Origin: a virus
DNA: 40,438 nt
Virus record (IMG/VR): IMGVR_UViG_3300030043_000002
Direction: 5' to 3' (one strand)
Both the position numbers and the translations under genes were made by a program. Below, piece by piece: positions 25,201-32,661 of the stretch; within the stretch, counting starts at the first letter, position 1, and every line of letters starts with the position of its first letter. The notes beneath the pieces were generated by a model. It did not search any database, was not told where the DNA came from, and saw only the letters and a list, made by a program, of their open reading frames with translations.

Positions 25201-25761
25201 TTAAAACTCCTCATCATGTTGGCAACAATTGAATACGAATATCCCACGTTTTCTCCAAGCCCTTATAACTTTAGGTCGGTCATCGAATACAAAATATATC
25301 TCTTCGCAACCTTTGGCAATGTGATCATCTAGCCATCTCATCTTAAGTTCATCGTCTGGTGTTGAATCGCCTATAGGACGCATTTTTAGGACTTTGCAAT
25401 TCATCCTTCCAAATGATGTATATTTTTTAAGCCAAGTTTCTGTTTTTTCTCTAACAGATTCGCATCGACCAGACCAAACTTGAACTTCTGTTGAGTGATA
25501 TTCATCATCAATAAAATCACTGAGTATATTTATCACAGGACCAATTGGCTCATCCTGATCACAAGCTTCGTAAAAGGATTTCCAGTCGGGTTTCCATAAT
25601 TCACCTGTAGTCTTATGATAATCACGCATAATCATAACTCCACCAGTTCTTTCGTTGGGCGGAATTCCATGAACCACATCAGGATTTTTATTAGGATCAA
25701 CAAAATGCCTTCGGTGCTCGCAATTAGCTAGTGTCCCATCAAGAACGAACAATATGACCAT
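25201..25761 (-). CDS. HAD-superfamily phosphatase-like protein (phage Pnkp-phosphatase or nucleotidase type)
   Basis: 186 aa containing LFVLDGTLANCEHRRHF, VWSGRCESVREKTETWL, LKMRP..DSTPDDELK and FVFDDRPKVIRAWRKRGI. Motif I reads V-L-D-G-T where D-x-D-G-T is expected. Confidence 0.6.
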   Translation of the reverse strand: MVILFVLDGTLANCEHRRHFVDPNKNPDVVHGIPPNERTGGVMIMRDYHKTTGELWKPDWKSFYEACDQDEPIGPVINILSDFIDDEYHSTEVQVWSGRCESVREKTETWLKKYTSFGRMNCKVLKMRPIGDSTPDDELKMRWLDDHIAKGCEEIYFVFDDRPKVIRAWRKRGIFVFNCCQHDEEF

Positions 25762-25956
25762 TTACTTCCCCTTGTAATCCGTTTCGTAGAATCCTGATCC
25801 TTTGAAGTGAACTGCAGATCCTCCAGTAATAACTTTTTTCATATATACACCTTTTACACTGCATTTAATGCACAACGGTCTACAAGGTTCATTAGATCTG
25901 TGATTATATGTTTCAATCACATTGCAATCGGGGCACTTGTATTCGTAGTTTGGCAT
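25762..25956 (-). CDS. FmdB-family zinc-ribbon protein
   Basis: MPNYEYKCPDC...CIKC...HFKGSGFYETDYKG matches the FmdB family pattern (MP.YEY.C..C...C..C....kGsGFY.tDy). Confidence 0.75.
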   Translation of the reverse strand: MPNYEYKCPDCNVIETYNHRSNEPCRPLCIKCSVKGVYMKKVITGGSAVHFKGSGFYETDYKGK

Positions 25957-26222
25957 TAGTTTTTCTCATAATAGTAAGGACGATTTTTCATTTTACAAAT
26001 GAAATCTTCGACTTTTTTACAATCATTGTAATCTCCCTTGAAAAATACTACTGCACATCCTAAGTGTGGAGCGTCAGCGGTAAAAGTTAATCTTTTCATC
26101 TCATGAAATGACTCTATAGATAGTTTTATAGGATTATCCTTCATTTTTTCTGCATCCACCCAAATTCCGCAGTCGCATCGATTATTTTCTATTTTTGATC
26201 CACACATATCACAGTTTTTCAT
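25956..26222 (-). CDS. hypothetical protein with N-terminal zinc ribbon
   Basis: 88 aa containing CDMCGSKIENNRCDC. Confidence 0.5.
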   Translation of the reverse strand: MKNCDMCGSKIENNRCDCGIWVDAEKMKDNPIKLSIESFHEMKRLTFTADAPHLGCAVVFFKGDYNDCKKVEDFICKMKNRPYYYEKN

Positions 26223-26437
26223 CTAAAAATTCCTGATATGTACTCAGATTTAATCTTATCCATAACCTCATCAGCTGTTTTTCTATCCACAGCAAAAAGA
26301 CTACGTATCTCGTTGGCTGAAAGCGCCCCATAATTTAGGAATGTGCGTTTAGCTGCATCATATACCGAATCAAAGTCACGTTCTAGATCTTCATCCATCA
26401 AAAATACTTGATTGGGCATTAGTCTTACTGGTTCCAT
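26219..26437 (-). CDS. hypothetical protein
   Basis: 72 aa; overlapping start and stop within the operon. Confidence 0.5.
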   Translation of the reverse strand: MEPVRLMPNQVFLMDEDLERDFDSVYDAAKRTFLNYGALSANEIRSLFAVDRKTADEVMDKIKSEYISGIFR

Positions 26438-26671
26438 TTATTCTGTTTCCTCAGTGTCATTTAAAATTTCATCCATCGAGATTTCTTTTTGTCTCATCAT
26501 TTTCATCAATTCTAGAGCAATAAATTTAGGTGAAAATTTGGATTGGATCAAGTAATTATATTTGTCTTCATCGGGCATATTGGGATTTATTAAGATAACC
26601 CTTAAAAATTGGTTCCTACGCAAAGTGTATTCTTCGTCGCCTATGCAAAATGTGATGTATTTATCTTTCAT
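26438..26671 (-). CDS. hypothetical protein
   Basis: 77 aa. Its start is only 3 nt from palindromic motif copy 2. Confidence 0.5.
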   Translation of the reverse strand: MKDKYITFCIGDEEYTLRRNQFLRVILINPNMPDEDKYNYLIQSKFSPKFIALELMKMMRQKEISMDEILNDTEETE

Positions 26672-26673
26672 TC

Positions 26674-26692
26674 GTGTAAATCCGCTTTACAT
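26674..26692 (+). repeat. 19-bp palindromic motif, copy 2
   Basis: Sequence gtgtaaatccgctttacat fills the entire 20-nt gap between two minus-strand genes. Confidence 0.85.
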
Positions 26693-27225
26693 TAACCTTT
26701 AATCAACACAGTTTCGTAAAATTCTTTCATTTCGTAATGGTATTGGCTACGTAGTAACAATTGATTGATGTTATTCCATTCATAGAGGCAATCAAGACCG
26801 TAGTTGGTCAGCATGCTGATGAGAGCATGAATACACTTAGACATGGGCGTGGATGCCGCTAACGTTGCCATGAACGAATTAAAACAATACTGCGCTCTAT
26901 TTCTATCGGACAGATCAGGTAGCCACCAACACTTAATCTTTGCTTGATCGTAGCACGCTATTGCTTGTTGTTCATTGTAATTTATTGCGTCTACATAACG
27001 GGCTCTTTCATTGGGTGACAAAGTCCCTTCATACTTATTAAGGTCGAATGCAAAGACCCCAGGAGCTATTTCTATTGCCTGTGCTTTATCAGACAAAGCC
27101 CATAGAGTTGCTAATGACATCAGAAAGTAAACGAAGTACCGCCAGAATGCACGTAGCGAGCTAAATGTAATATCAACGACCATTATTGCAGAAGTCGTTA
27201 TCAATGAAATCAAAAGTTCTCTCAT
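26692..27225 (-). CDS. membrane protein (two N-terminal TM segments, Cys-containing C-terminal domain)
   Basis: 177 aa containing LLISLITTSAIMVVDITF and YFVYFLMSLATLWAL. Confidence 0.55.
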   Translation of the reverse strand: MRELLISLITTSAIMVVDITFSSLRAFWRYFVYFLMSLATLWALSDKAQAIEIAPGVFAFDLNKYEGTLSPNERARYVDAINYNEQQAIACYDQAKIKCWWLPDLSDRNRAQYCFNSFMATLAASTPMSKCIHALISMLTNYGLDCLYEWNNINQLLLRSQYHYEMKEFYETVLIKG

Positions 27226-27452
27226 TACAAATCCTTTTGGATGTTTTTAATTGTTCCTAATATTTCGAACTGATTTTCTGAATCATAACCAGTATTTTTT
27301 GGAAAAGGAAATGATCTCAAAGGTTTTGTGTTAATAATATCTTCTGTAATAAGCAAAAAAACAAATCCATGATCTGTGTAATAACCTATACCAAAAAATT
27401 CTTGATCACTTTTTGGTATTTTAGGTAATTTCACCAGTAAAAGTTCTCTCAT
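27225..27452 (-). CDS. hypothetical protein
   Basis: 75 aa. It shares its first 14 coding nt plus 1 upstream nt with the downstream gene (MRELL...). Confidence 0.5.
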   Translation of the reverse strand: MRELLLVKLPKIPKSDQEFFGIGYYTDHGFVFLLITEDIINTKPLRSFPFPKNTGYDSENQFEILGTIKNIQKDL

Positions 27453-27727
27453 TCTATTTCCTTTTTAGGCTTACCCCAATGAGTGACATCATATATGGGC
27501 TCGCCTGTTTGTTTATTCCACCAATACGATGCAGCAGCTTTATAATATGAAATTAATCCAATACACATATCATGACAAAAGTAAGCTGTCGTTTGATCGT
27601 TATTACTAAGTTTAACTTTGTAGATATTTTTAATTTCATCAGGAAGATTTTTTACATCAACCCACTCATCAACTTCTTTCAAATATTCATCATGAAAAAT
27701 ATCCATCACTTTAAAACGCTTGAACAT
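27449..27727 (-). CDS. DUF551-like protein (divergent)
   Basis: 92 aa containing WVDVKNLPDE...VTHWGKPKKE. Confidence 0.45.
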   Translation of the reverse strand: MFKRFKVMDIFHDEYLKEVDEWVDVKNLPDEIKNIYKVKLSNNDQTTAYFCHDMCIGLISYYKAAASYWWNKQTGEPIYDVTHWGKPKKEIE

Positions 27728-27733
27728 TATCCC

Positions 27734-27910
27734 TCAATTAACAGGTAAAACAAATTCTATGTATTTTCCGCATTGGCATTCTAAATATATTTCGGTATCA
27801 TATTCCGGGAAATTATTTGCTTGCGTCAGAATTTTTTGTTTTAGACCACATACAGCACACTCTTTTTCATATTCAAATCTATAAGATTTTCTTATTTCTT
27901 CAATATCCAT
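27734..27910 (-). CDS. small zinc-ribbon protein (58 aa, below cutoff)
   Basis: Product is MDIEEIRKSYRFEYEKECAVCGLKQ...LECQCGKYIEFVLPVN; TAATG overlap with the upstream gene. Confidence 0.45.
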   Translation of the reverse strand: MDIEEIRKSYRFEYEKECAVCGLKQKILTQANNFPEYDTEIYLECQCGKYIEFVLPVN

Positions 27911-28113
27911 TATTCCTCAGGTGGTTTTGGCAAAGGCATCCAGTGAGTAATTACAGAATCTATTTCTATGTTATCTATAAGCATCAAATCAAATTCATTT
28001 TCATCATCCACGTCTACATATCTTCCGAGTGAAATAAATGTATTGTACATATCACAACAAAGAACAATACTACCTATTTCCGGTTGATCCTCTTCCATTT
28101 TGATCCAGTTCAT
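27910..28113 (-). CDS. DUF551 protein
   Basis: 67 aa: MNWIKMEEDQPE...IVLC...VITHWMPLPKPPEE. Confidence 0.7.
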   Translation of the reverse strand: MNWIKMEEDQPEIGSIVLCCDMYNTFISLGRYVDVDDENEFDLMLIDNIEIDSVITHWMPLPKPPEE

Positions 28114-28334
28114 TTTTTTTCCTCAGGTGGGTTTGGTAACGGCATCCAGAATTTACATGTTGCCAATTCACATTGTAAAGTGTCGTTAAAATAAATTGAA
28201 TAATCGGAAGCCCAAATGTCATTACCAGGCTCATAAGGCATCAAACTTCCCACTGAAACTTCATTTTTACCATTAACAAATAAGACTTCATGGTTCTTTT
28301 TAGGAATCTTATCCTTAACGCTGACCCAGTTCAT
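28110..28334 (-). CDS. DUF551 protein
   Basis: 74 aa: MNWVSVKDKIPKKNHEVLFV...CKFWMPLPNPPEE. Confidence 0.7.
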   Translation of the reverse strand: MNWVSVKDKIPKKNHEVLFVNGKNEVSVGSLMPYEPGNDIWASDYSIYFNDTLQCELATCKFWMPLPNPPEEKK

Positions 28335-28534
28335 GGCGCTATGCCTTCATCCCATTTGCTATATTCAGGATCTGAATTAAATTCTTTCATTTCTTTTTTA
28401 TAATTTTGTCTGAATAAAATTCTTAGAACTTGATCTAAAACCCATTGCTTATGATGACTACCATCAATCTCACCAAATCTTAAAATTAACTTAACTGCTT
28501 CTTGTTCGTCGGGGTTTAATTCTTTTTTCTTCAT
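28331..28534 (-). CDS. hypothetical protein
   Basis: 67-aa ORF within the operon. Confidence 0.5.
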   Translation of the reverse strand: MKKKELNPDEQEAVKLILRFGEIDGSHHKQWVLDQVLRILFRQNYKKEMKEFNSDPEYSKWDEGIAP

Positions 28535-28543
28535 TTTACGTCC

Positions 28544-28858
28544 TCATGTCTGATTCTTTATTTTCCCTTTTCGTAGAGGATGATTTATCCATTTCTCTTT
28601 TGTTCTTAGAAGAGTTTTATCAATAAAATCTTCATCATATCCATTTAAACAAAGTTGTCCTAGATATGTTGCAGATAGAAATGCCATAATATCAGCAGGA
28701 TCTTTATCTCTTTCTGCAAACCAATTAATCATCATCGTATGCAATTCATATATTTCGGATTGCTCTAGTGCCATTTTACGTCCTGATTGTCTGATACGCA
28801 TAATTATGTTGCTTTTGGTTTTAGAACATGCCCTTTCAGGTACTTCTAAGGCTATCAT
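28544..28858 (-). CDS. hypothetical protein (more likely start at 28774)
   Basis: The ORF track gives 104 aa. Met29 (ATG at 28774) is preceded by agga at 7 nt, whereas the first ATG has no SD. Confidence 0.5.
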   Translation of the reverse strand: MIALEVPERACSKTKSNIIMRIRQSGRKMALEQSEIYELHTMMINWFAERDKDPADIMAFLSATYLGQLCLNGYDEDFIDKTLLRTKEKWINHPLRKGKIKNQT

Positions 28859-28887
28859 ATTTTAATTTTACGATATCGTTAAAAATA

Positions 28888-29088
28888 TCACTTGAAATAC
28901 TTGTCATTAATACCAGTTCTAAGGAAAAACTTTTCCATTTCTTTCAAACATCCCTCGCAGAAAATTGATCGGGGAGCAAAACCAAATTTTCTTGTACCAT
29001 CTTTACAACATGCAGGAACAATATTCCCTGAGAAATAAGATTCATTATCTGGTATGTCTTTGTTGCATCTCGTACATTTCATAAACAT
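28888..29088 (-). CDS. zinc-ribbon protein
   Basis: 66 aa containing MKCTRCNK...CEGC. It is bracketed by exact 16-bp direct repeats. Confidence 0.55.
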   Translation of the reverse strand: MFMKCTRCNKDIPDNESYFSGNIVPACCKDGTRKFGFAPRSIFCEGCLKEMEKFFLRTGINDKYFK

Positions 29089-29109
29089 CACTTGAAATAC
29101 TTTACATTT

Positions 29110-29358
29110 TCATTTCTCACCACAAAAATAATTACAAATTCTATCAAACAAGCCTAACTTTTTAGGTTCATTCAATGAATAATAATTTTGTAGGACTAAA
29201 ACTCTATCAGTTAATTTATTTAAAATTTCAATTGTTCTACTGAGAGTTTTATCAATATCATTAAGTCTATCTTCTAGGTTAATTGCAGTCTTCACGGTGT
29301 CTTTAACCCCTTTAGGCCTTCCCACTTTCTTTTTTGTTTCCATTATTTCCTTTGTCAT
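29110..29358 (-). CDS. hypothetical protein with AT-hook-like GRPKG
   Basis: 82 aa containing KKKVGRPKGVK followed by a coiled-coil. Confidence 0.5.
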   Translation of the reverse strand: MTKEIMETKKKVGRPKGVKDTVKTAINLEDRLNDIDKTLSRTIEILNKLTDRVLVLQNYYSLNEPKKLGLFDRICNYFCGEK

Positions 29359-29543
29359 CTTTTACTTACGCTCACAATTTTACCTTCTTTATTTTTCGTC
29401 CAGCTATCAGCCAAATAAAAAAGCTCTTTCATATATTCGTAAGCTTTATCTTGAGTAATCTTATATTTCATCATTAAGTAAGGAACTGAACACACTTTCT
29501 TGTGAATAAATTCTATCCGTATGCGATATTCTTCGTCGCTCAT
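29355..29543 (-). CDS. hypothetical protein
   Basis: 62-aa ORF. Confidence 0.5.
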   Translation of the reverse strand: MSDEEYRIRIEFIHKKVCSVPYLMMKYKITQDKAYEYMKELFYLADSWTKNKEGKIVSVSKR

Positions 29544-29764
29544 TTAGGACCATCCTCTGGTATCACGAATCCTTGTTCATAGCATTCCTGACCAACCCTA
29601 AAGCCGTCCAGCCAAACATATTGAACAATATCCATACTGTAAACATTCGACTCTTTAAACTGTCGGGGATTTAAGGATATTTCAACTTTTCTTAGTGGTG
29701 GCAGATAACTTGCTATCAGTAATCCATAGGAAATAAACGCCAAAACATATAAAAACTTACTCAT
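29540..29764 (-). CDS. small protein with N-terminal signal or anchor
   Basis: 74 aa beginning MSKFLYVLAFISYGLLIASYL. Confidence 0.5.
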   Translation of the reverse strand: MSKFLYVLAFISYGLLIASYLPPLRKVEISLNPRQFKESNVYSMDIVQYVWLDGFRVGQECYEQGFVIPEDGPK

Positions 29765-29825
29765 TTATTATCCTTTTAGATATATTGTAGACCAATTAGT
29801 TCATTTCAACAATATGGTTGTAGAA

Positions 29826-30023
29826 CTATCTTCGACATACAAAACGTTCTAATATTTTCACCCTTTCTTCCAGTTCATCAAGTCTGAAATCTTGTTTTCC
29901 ATCGCGTGCAAACACAGCTCGACGTACCTTGTTTTGAGATACTTCCATTTTATCTATACGTTCGATCAATTGCTCTTGAAAACATTCTTCTGGAGTCTTA
30001 AAAAACTCAAGTTGGACTAACAT
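29826..30023 (-). CDS. hypothetical protein
   Basis: 65-aa ORF. Confidence 0.5.
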   Translation of the reverse strand: MLVQLEFFKTPEECFQEQLIERIDKMEVSQNKVRRAVFARDGKQDFRLDELEERVKILERFVCRR

Positions 30024-30048
30024 TATTTTAATCCTTGAAAATCTTCAT

Positions 30049-30612
30049 CTAGCATTTAATATTTTCCATTAACAAATTATAAAACTCTTTTTCTTTTACG
30101 ATCATATCATTCATAAAAGCGTCATCCCTATCAAACTCTATCAACACGTGTTTTCCTTCCCAGTAAGAGAAAAAACTAATCCTATATATATCTAGAACAG
30201 ATAATTGATGTTGCATTTGTGCATAATAAATTGGGTCTACGATGCCCTTCAGCGCCTTTTCGTAAATTTTAAGAGAACATTTTATCTCAACTGCGTGCCT
30301 ATTGCAAGCAGAAACACCGTCAAATGATGCTGCCATCCAATGTCGTATCTTGCTTATACCTACTTTTGGAACTACATTTAATCCAGTAATTTCATTAAAC
30401 TTTTCTCTAGCTATGGGCTCAAGAAAGTTTCCCATAGCCATTTTATCATTTGTTTCTGTTCGAGGTTTTTGACCCAATTTCTGTCCCAACAGTTCCGCGG
30501 GGTTTTTGAAAGGGGAGATACCCAAAATCACTGCACTGTCTGTTGCAGTTATTACAGTATCTCTCCATGCTTTCCACTCGTTACTACCCTGTGTTAGTGG
30601 TAATTCTATCAT
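30049..30612 (-). CDS. YqaJ/lambda-Exo-like recombination exonuclease (PD-(D/E)xK)
   Basis: 187 aa from the ATG at 30612 (ATGA overlap). Contains QGSNEWKAWRDTVITATDSAVILG...ASFDG...VEIKC...YYAQMQHQL, typical of YqaJ viral recombinase domains. Confidence 0.75.
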   Translation of the reverse strand: MIELPLTQGSNEWKAWRDTVITATDSAVILGISPFKNPAELLGQKLGQKPRTETNDKMAMGNFLEPIAREKFNEITGLNVVPKVGISKIRHWMAASFDGVSACNRHAVEIKCSLKIYEKALKGIVDPIYYAQMQHQLSVLDIYRISFFSYWEGKHVLIEFDRDDAFMNDMIVKEKEFYNLLMENIKC

Positions 30613-30803
30613 GAATTTAACCTTATCTTTTCGCACTTGTGATTATCAAACATCTTCTTGTAAGTTTCTTTCTCGTCACGTTCTTTTACTACCATTTCGC
30701 ACAAGAGTTGTATTAATAGTCCTGACTGTTCATCAGGATCTACCATTTCCAAATATTCACCGCATCGATCAACTATCTCGTCAAAAATTAGAGCAGCGCT
30801 CAT
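30609..30803 (-). CDS. hypothetical protein
   Basis: 64 aa from the ATG at 30803 (SD aaggag), just after the RecT stop. Confidence 0.5.
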   Translation of the reverse strand: MSAALIFDEIVDRCGEYLEMVDPDEQSGLLIQLLCEMVVKERDEKETYKKMFDNHKCEKIRLNS

Positions 30804-30804
30804 G

Positions 30805-31653
30805 TTATTCTCCTTCTTCAGTAATTGCAGATTCTTCATTAGCGTAAACTATCGTATTCAAATGTGCTGCATATTCAGCTTTACGTTTGATAGCCACTAA
30901 CTTCAATGTCTCATAATTAGCAGTAGGAATATCACTATAAGCTTTGTATCCCGAGTCTACCATCAATTGCTTGAACTTCTTTTGCTCTTCTTCTGAGCAC
31001 TCATCAATCAATGTTTTAAGTTCTAAAGCTTGTTCTTTGCTTATGTTTTTAGATTCTTGTTTTTCTTCCGCTTCAGTCAAATACCTAGACTTTTGAGTTA
31101 GTTCTATTTCATTTGCTTCATAAACTACGGGTTGATTGAATGGTATGGCATCCGCAATTTCCCCTTGTACGTAAATACCTTTTATCACGTCGCTAAAAAG
31201 AAATCTTGCCAACTGTGATACACAACGCCACATACACATAACTTTAGGCATTTTTATCCACTGATTTTGATATATTCCTTGTGCTTTTGCGTCTTCGATT
31301 GAAAATTCAACTCTCCACGAATCGTTATTGTCGCAACGTTTACCATACATAATTACTTTTGTATCTGTAGATTTAGGATCCATCGATACGCTGTGGCCTT
31401 TAGATCGGATTATAGCTAGCATAGATTGACCGCTCATTTCGACTTTTCCTTTAACAAAGTACATCCCACCATTAAGAGCGTCCAATGGACTCATTCCAAT
31501 GCTTTTAGCTTTCTGGGTTATTGCAAAAATTCCTTCAGCACCCATTTTGGCGTAGTGTGGAGTTTTCATTAATTGTGCGCACAAGTTTTGAGTTTGTGCA
31601 ATTTCATTTAATACTGGATCTTGATCTTGATTATTTTGTAATTGTAATGTCAT
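30805..31653 (-). CDS. recT: RecT/Bet-family single-strand annealing protein
   Basis: 282 aa containing AKSIGMSPLDALNGGMYFVKGKVEMSGQSMLAIIRSKGH and ...EDAKAQGIYQNQWIKMPKVMCMWRCVSQLARFLFSDV. It is paired with the YqaJ exonuclease. Confidence 0.65.
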   Translation of the reverse strand: MTLQLQNNQDQDPVLNEIAQTQNLCAQLMKTPHYAKMGAEGIFAITQKAKSIGMSPLDALNGGMYFVKGKVEMSGQSMLAIIRSKGHSVSMDPKSTDTKVIMYGKRCDNNDSWRVEFSIEDAKAQGIYQNQWIKMPKVMCMWRCVSQLARFLFSDVIKGIYVQGEIADAIPFNQPVVYEANEIELTQKSRYLTEAEEKQESKNISKEQALELKTLIDECSEEEQKKFKQLMVDSGYKAYSDIPTANYETLKLVAIKRKAEYAAHLNTIVYANEESAITEEGE

Positions 31654-31700
31654 GATAATTATTCCTTAATGATATTTTATTGTTATTGTTGTTTTATTTT

Positions 31701-32006
31701 TTAATCGCACATTGCGTATTGATACCTAGCCACGAATTCATCATCCCAGTGATTTTTTATCAGTGCGTCAACATTTCCTGTTATTGCTTCGTAATGTTTT
31801 TGAGTGAATCCTAATTTTCTAAATTCTGATACTACCGAAATATCTTCTTCATTCCAAGCTTCGCACATCATTTCAAGATATTTCTTTCTAATTTCAGCGT
31901 TAGGAATTGCTTCAACATAATAATCTTCAATCTCGTGATATAATTCCTTTGCCCATTTAGAAACGAATTCGTATTCACCATCGTAATCTTTGTCGTAATC
32001 GTACAT
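31701..32006 (-). CDS. acidic protein upstream of recT
   Basis: 101 aa from the ATG at 32006 (MYDYDKDYDGEYEF...), rich in D/E. The ORF-track N-terminal extension overlaps the small ORF 32008..32163. Confidence 0.55.
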   Translation of the reverse strand: MYDYDKDYDGEYEFVSKWAKELYHEIEDYYVEAIPNAEIRKKYLEMMCEAWNEEDISVVSEFRKLGFTQKHYEAITGNVDALIKNHWDDEFVARYQYAMCD

Positions 32007-32007
32007 T

Positions 32008-32163
32008 TTAACTCTCCATCGCATTGTATGTTTTTTTAACCATCGCAACTAATTTACCTTGATTCTCCCAAGATAACCGTTGTTTATCAGCGTATTTGTA
32101 AGCCAATATTTCATTAACTCTTTGTACTAAACTTGTATCCATCATCAATATGAAGTACTCCAT
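32008..32163 (-). CDS. small 51-aa protein (below cutoff)
   Basis: Product is MEYFILMMDTSLVQRVNEILAYKYADKQRLSWENQGKLVAMVKKTYNAMES; TAATG overlap with the upstream gene. Confidence 0.45.
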   Translation of the reverse strand: MEYFILMMDTSLVQRVNEILAYKYADKQRLSWENQGKLVAMVKKTYNAMES

Positions 32164-32363
32164 TATTTGTTCAGCAAGCATCTTTCACCTCGATGTTTTT
32201 CTACTATTTCTCTTACCTCTTTCATTGTCTTGATTAGACCTAATGTCACTGATGTAAAGCCAGTCTTAGAGTAATTAAGCTCGTATACCTTTCGACCTCT
32301 CACTGTTTTCCTTATTACTGAGTATCCTTTTAACATTCCATTTCCTCTAAGTTTGAATCGCAC
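32163..32363 (-). CDS. hypothetical protein
   Basis: 66-aa ORF. Confidence 0.5.
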   Translation of the reverse strand: MRFKLRGNGMLKGYSVIRKTVRGRKVYELNYSKTGFTSVTLGLIKTMKEVREIVEKHRGERCLLNK

Positions 32364-32464
32364 TCATCGCAAATACATTCCATTTCATTCGAAGGATGTT
32401 CATTACAACCGCTAAAATCAGCATCTTTGTATTCCTCACATATTCCGCATTTGTAAACACTCAT
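32330..32464 (-). CDS. small zinc-ribbon protein
   Basis: 44 aa from the ATG at 32464 (ATGA overlap): MSVYKCGICEEYKD...CICDEC. Confidence 0.5.
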   Translation of the reverse strand: MSVYKCGICEEYKDADFSGCNEHPSNEMECICDECDSNLEEMEC

Positions 32465-32661
32465 GTTATTTCCTGTAAATTCGCAAACGTATAACCTTCG
32501 ATATATAATTTCATCAAAACCCAACGCTTTTTAAGCTTTTCTGTCTCAGAAAAACTACAGTTTTCAAGCGTATCCATAAACTCTTTATTCATGTATGGAG
32601 CTGAATTTAATCCTTTTAAAAAACCTTCAACACCTAATTTATAAGCTTTTTCTTTTTTCAT
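32461..32661 (-). CDS. first gene of the leftward early operon, hypothetical
   Basis: 66 aa with a strong SD gaggagg. Confidence 0.6.
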   Translation of the reverse strand: MKKEKAYKLGVEGFLKGLNSAPYMNKEFMDTLENCSFSETEKLKKRWVLMKLYIEGYTFANLQEIT

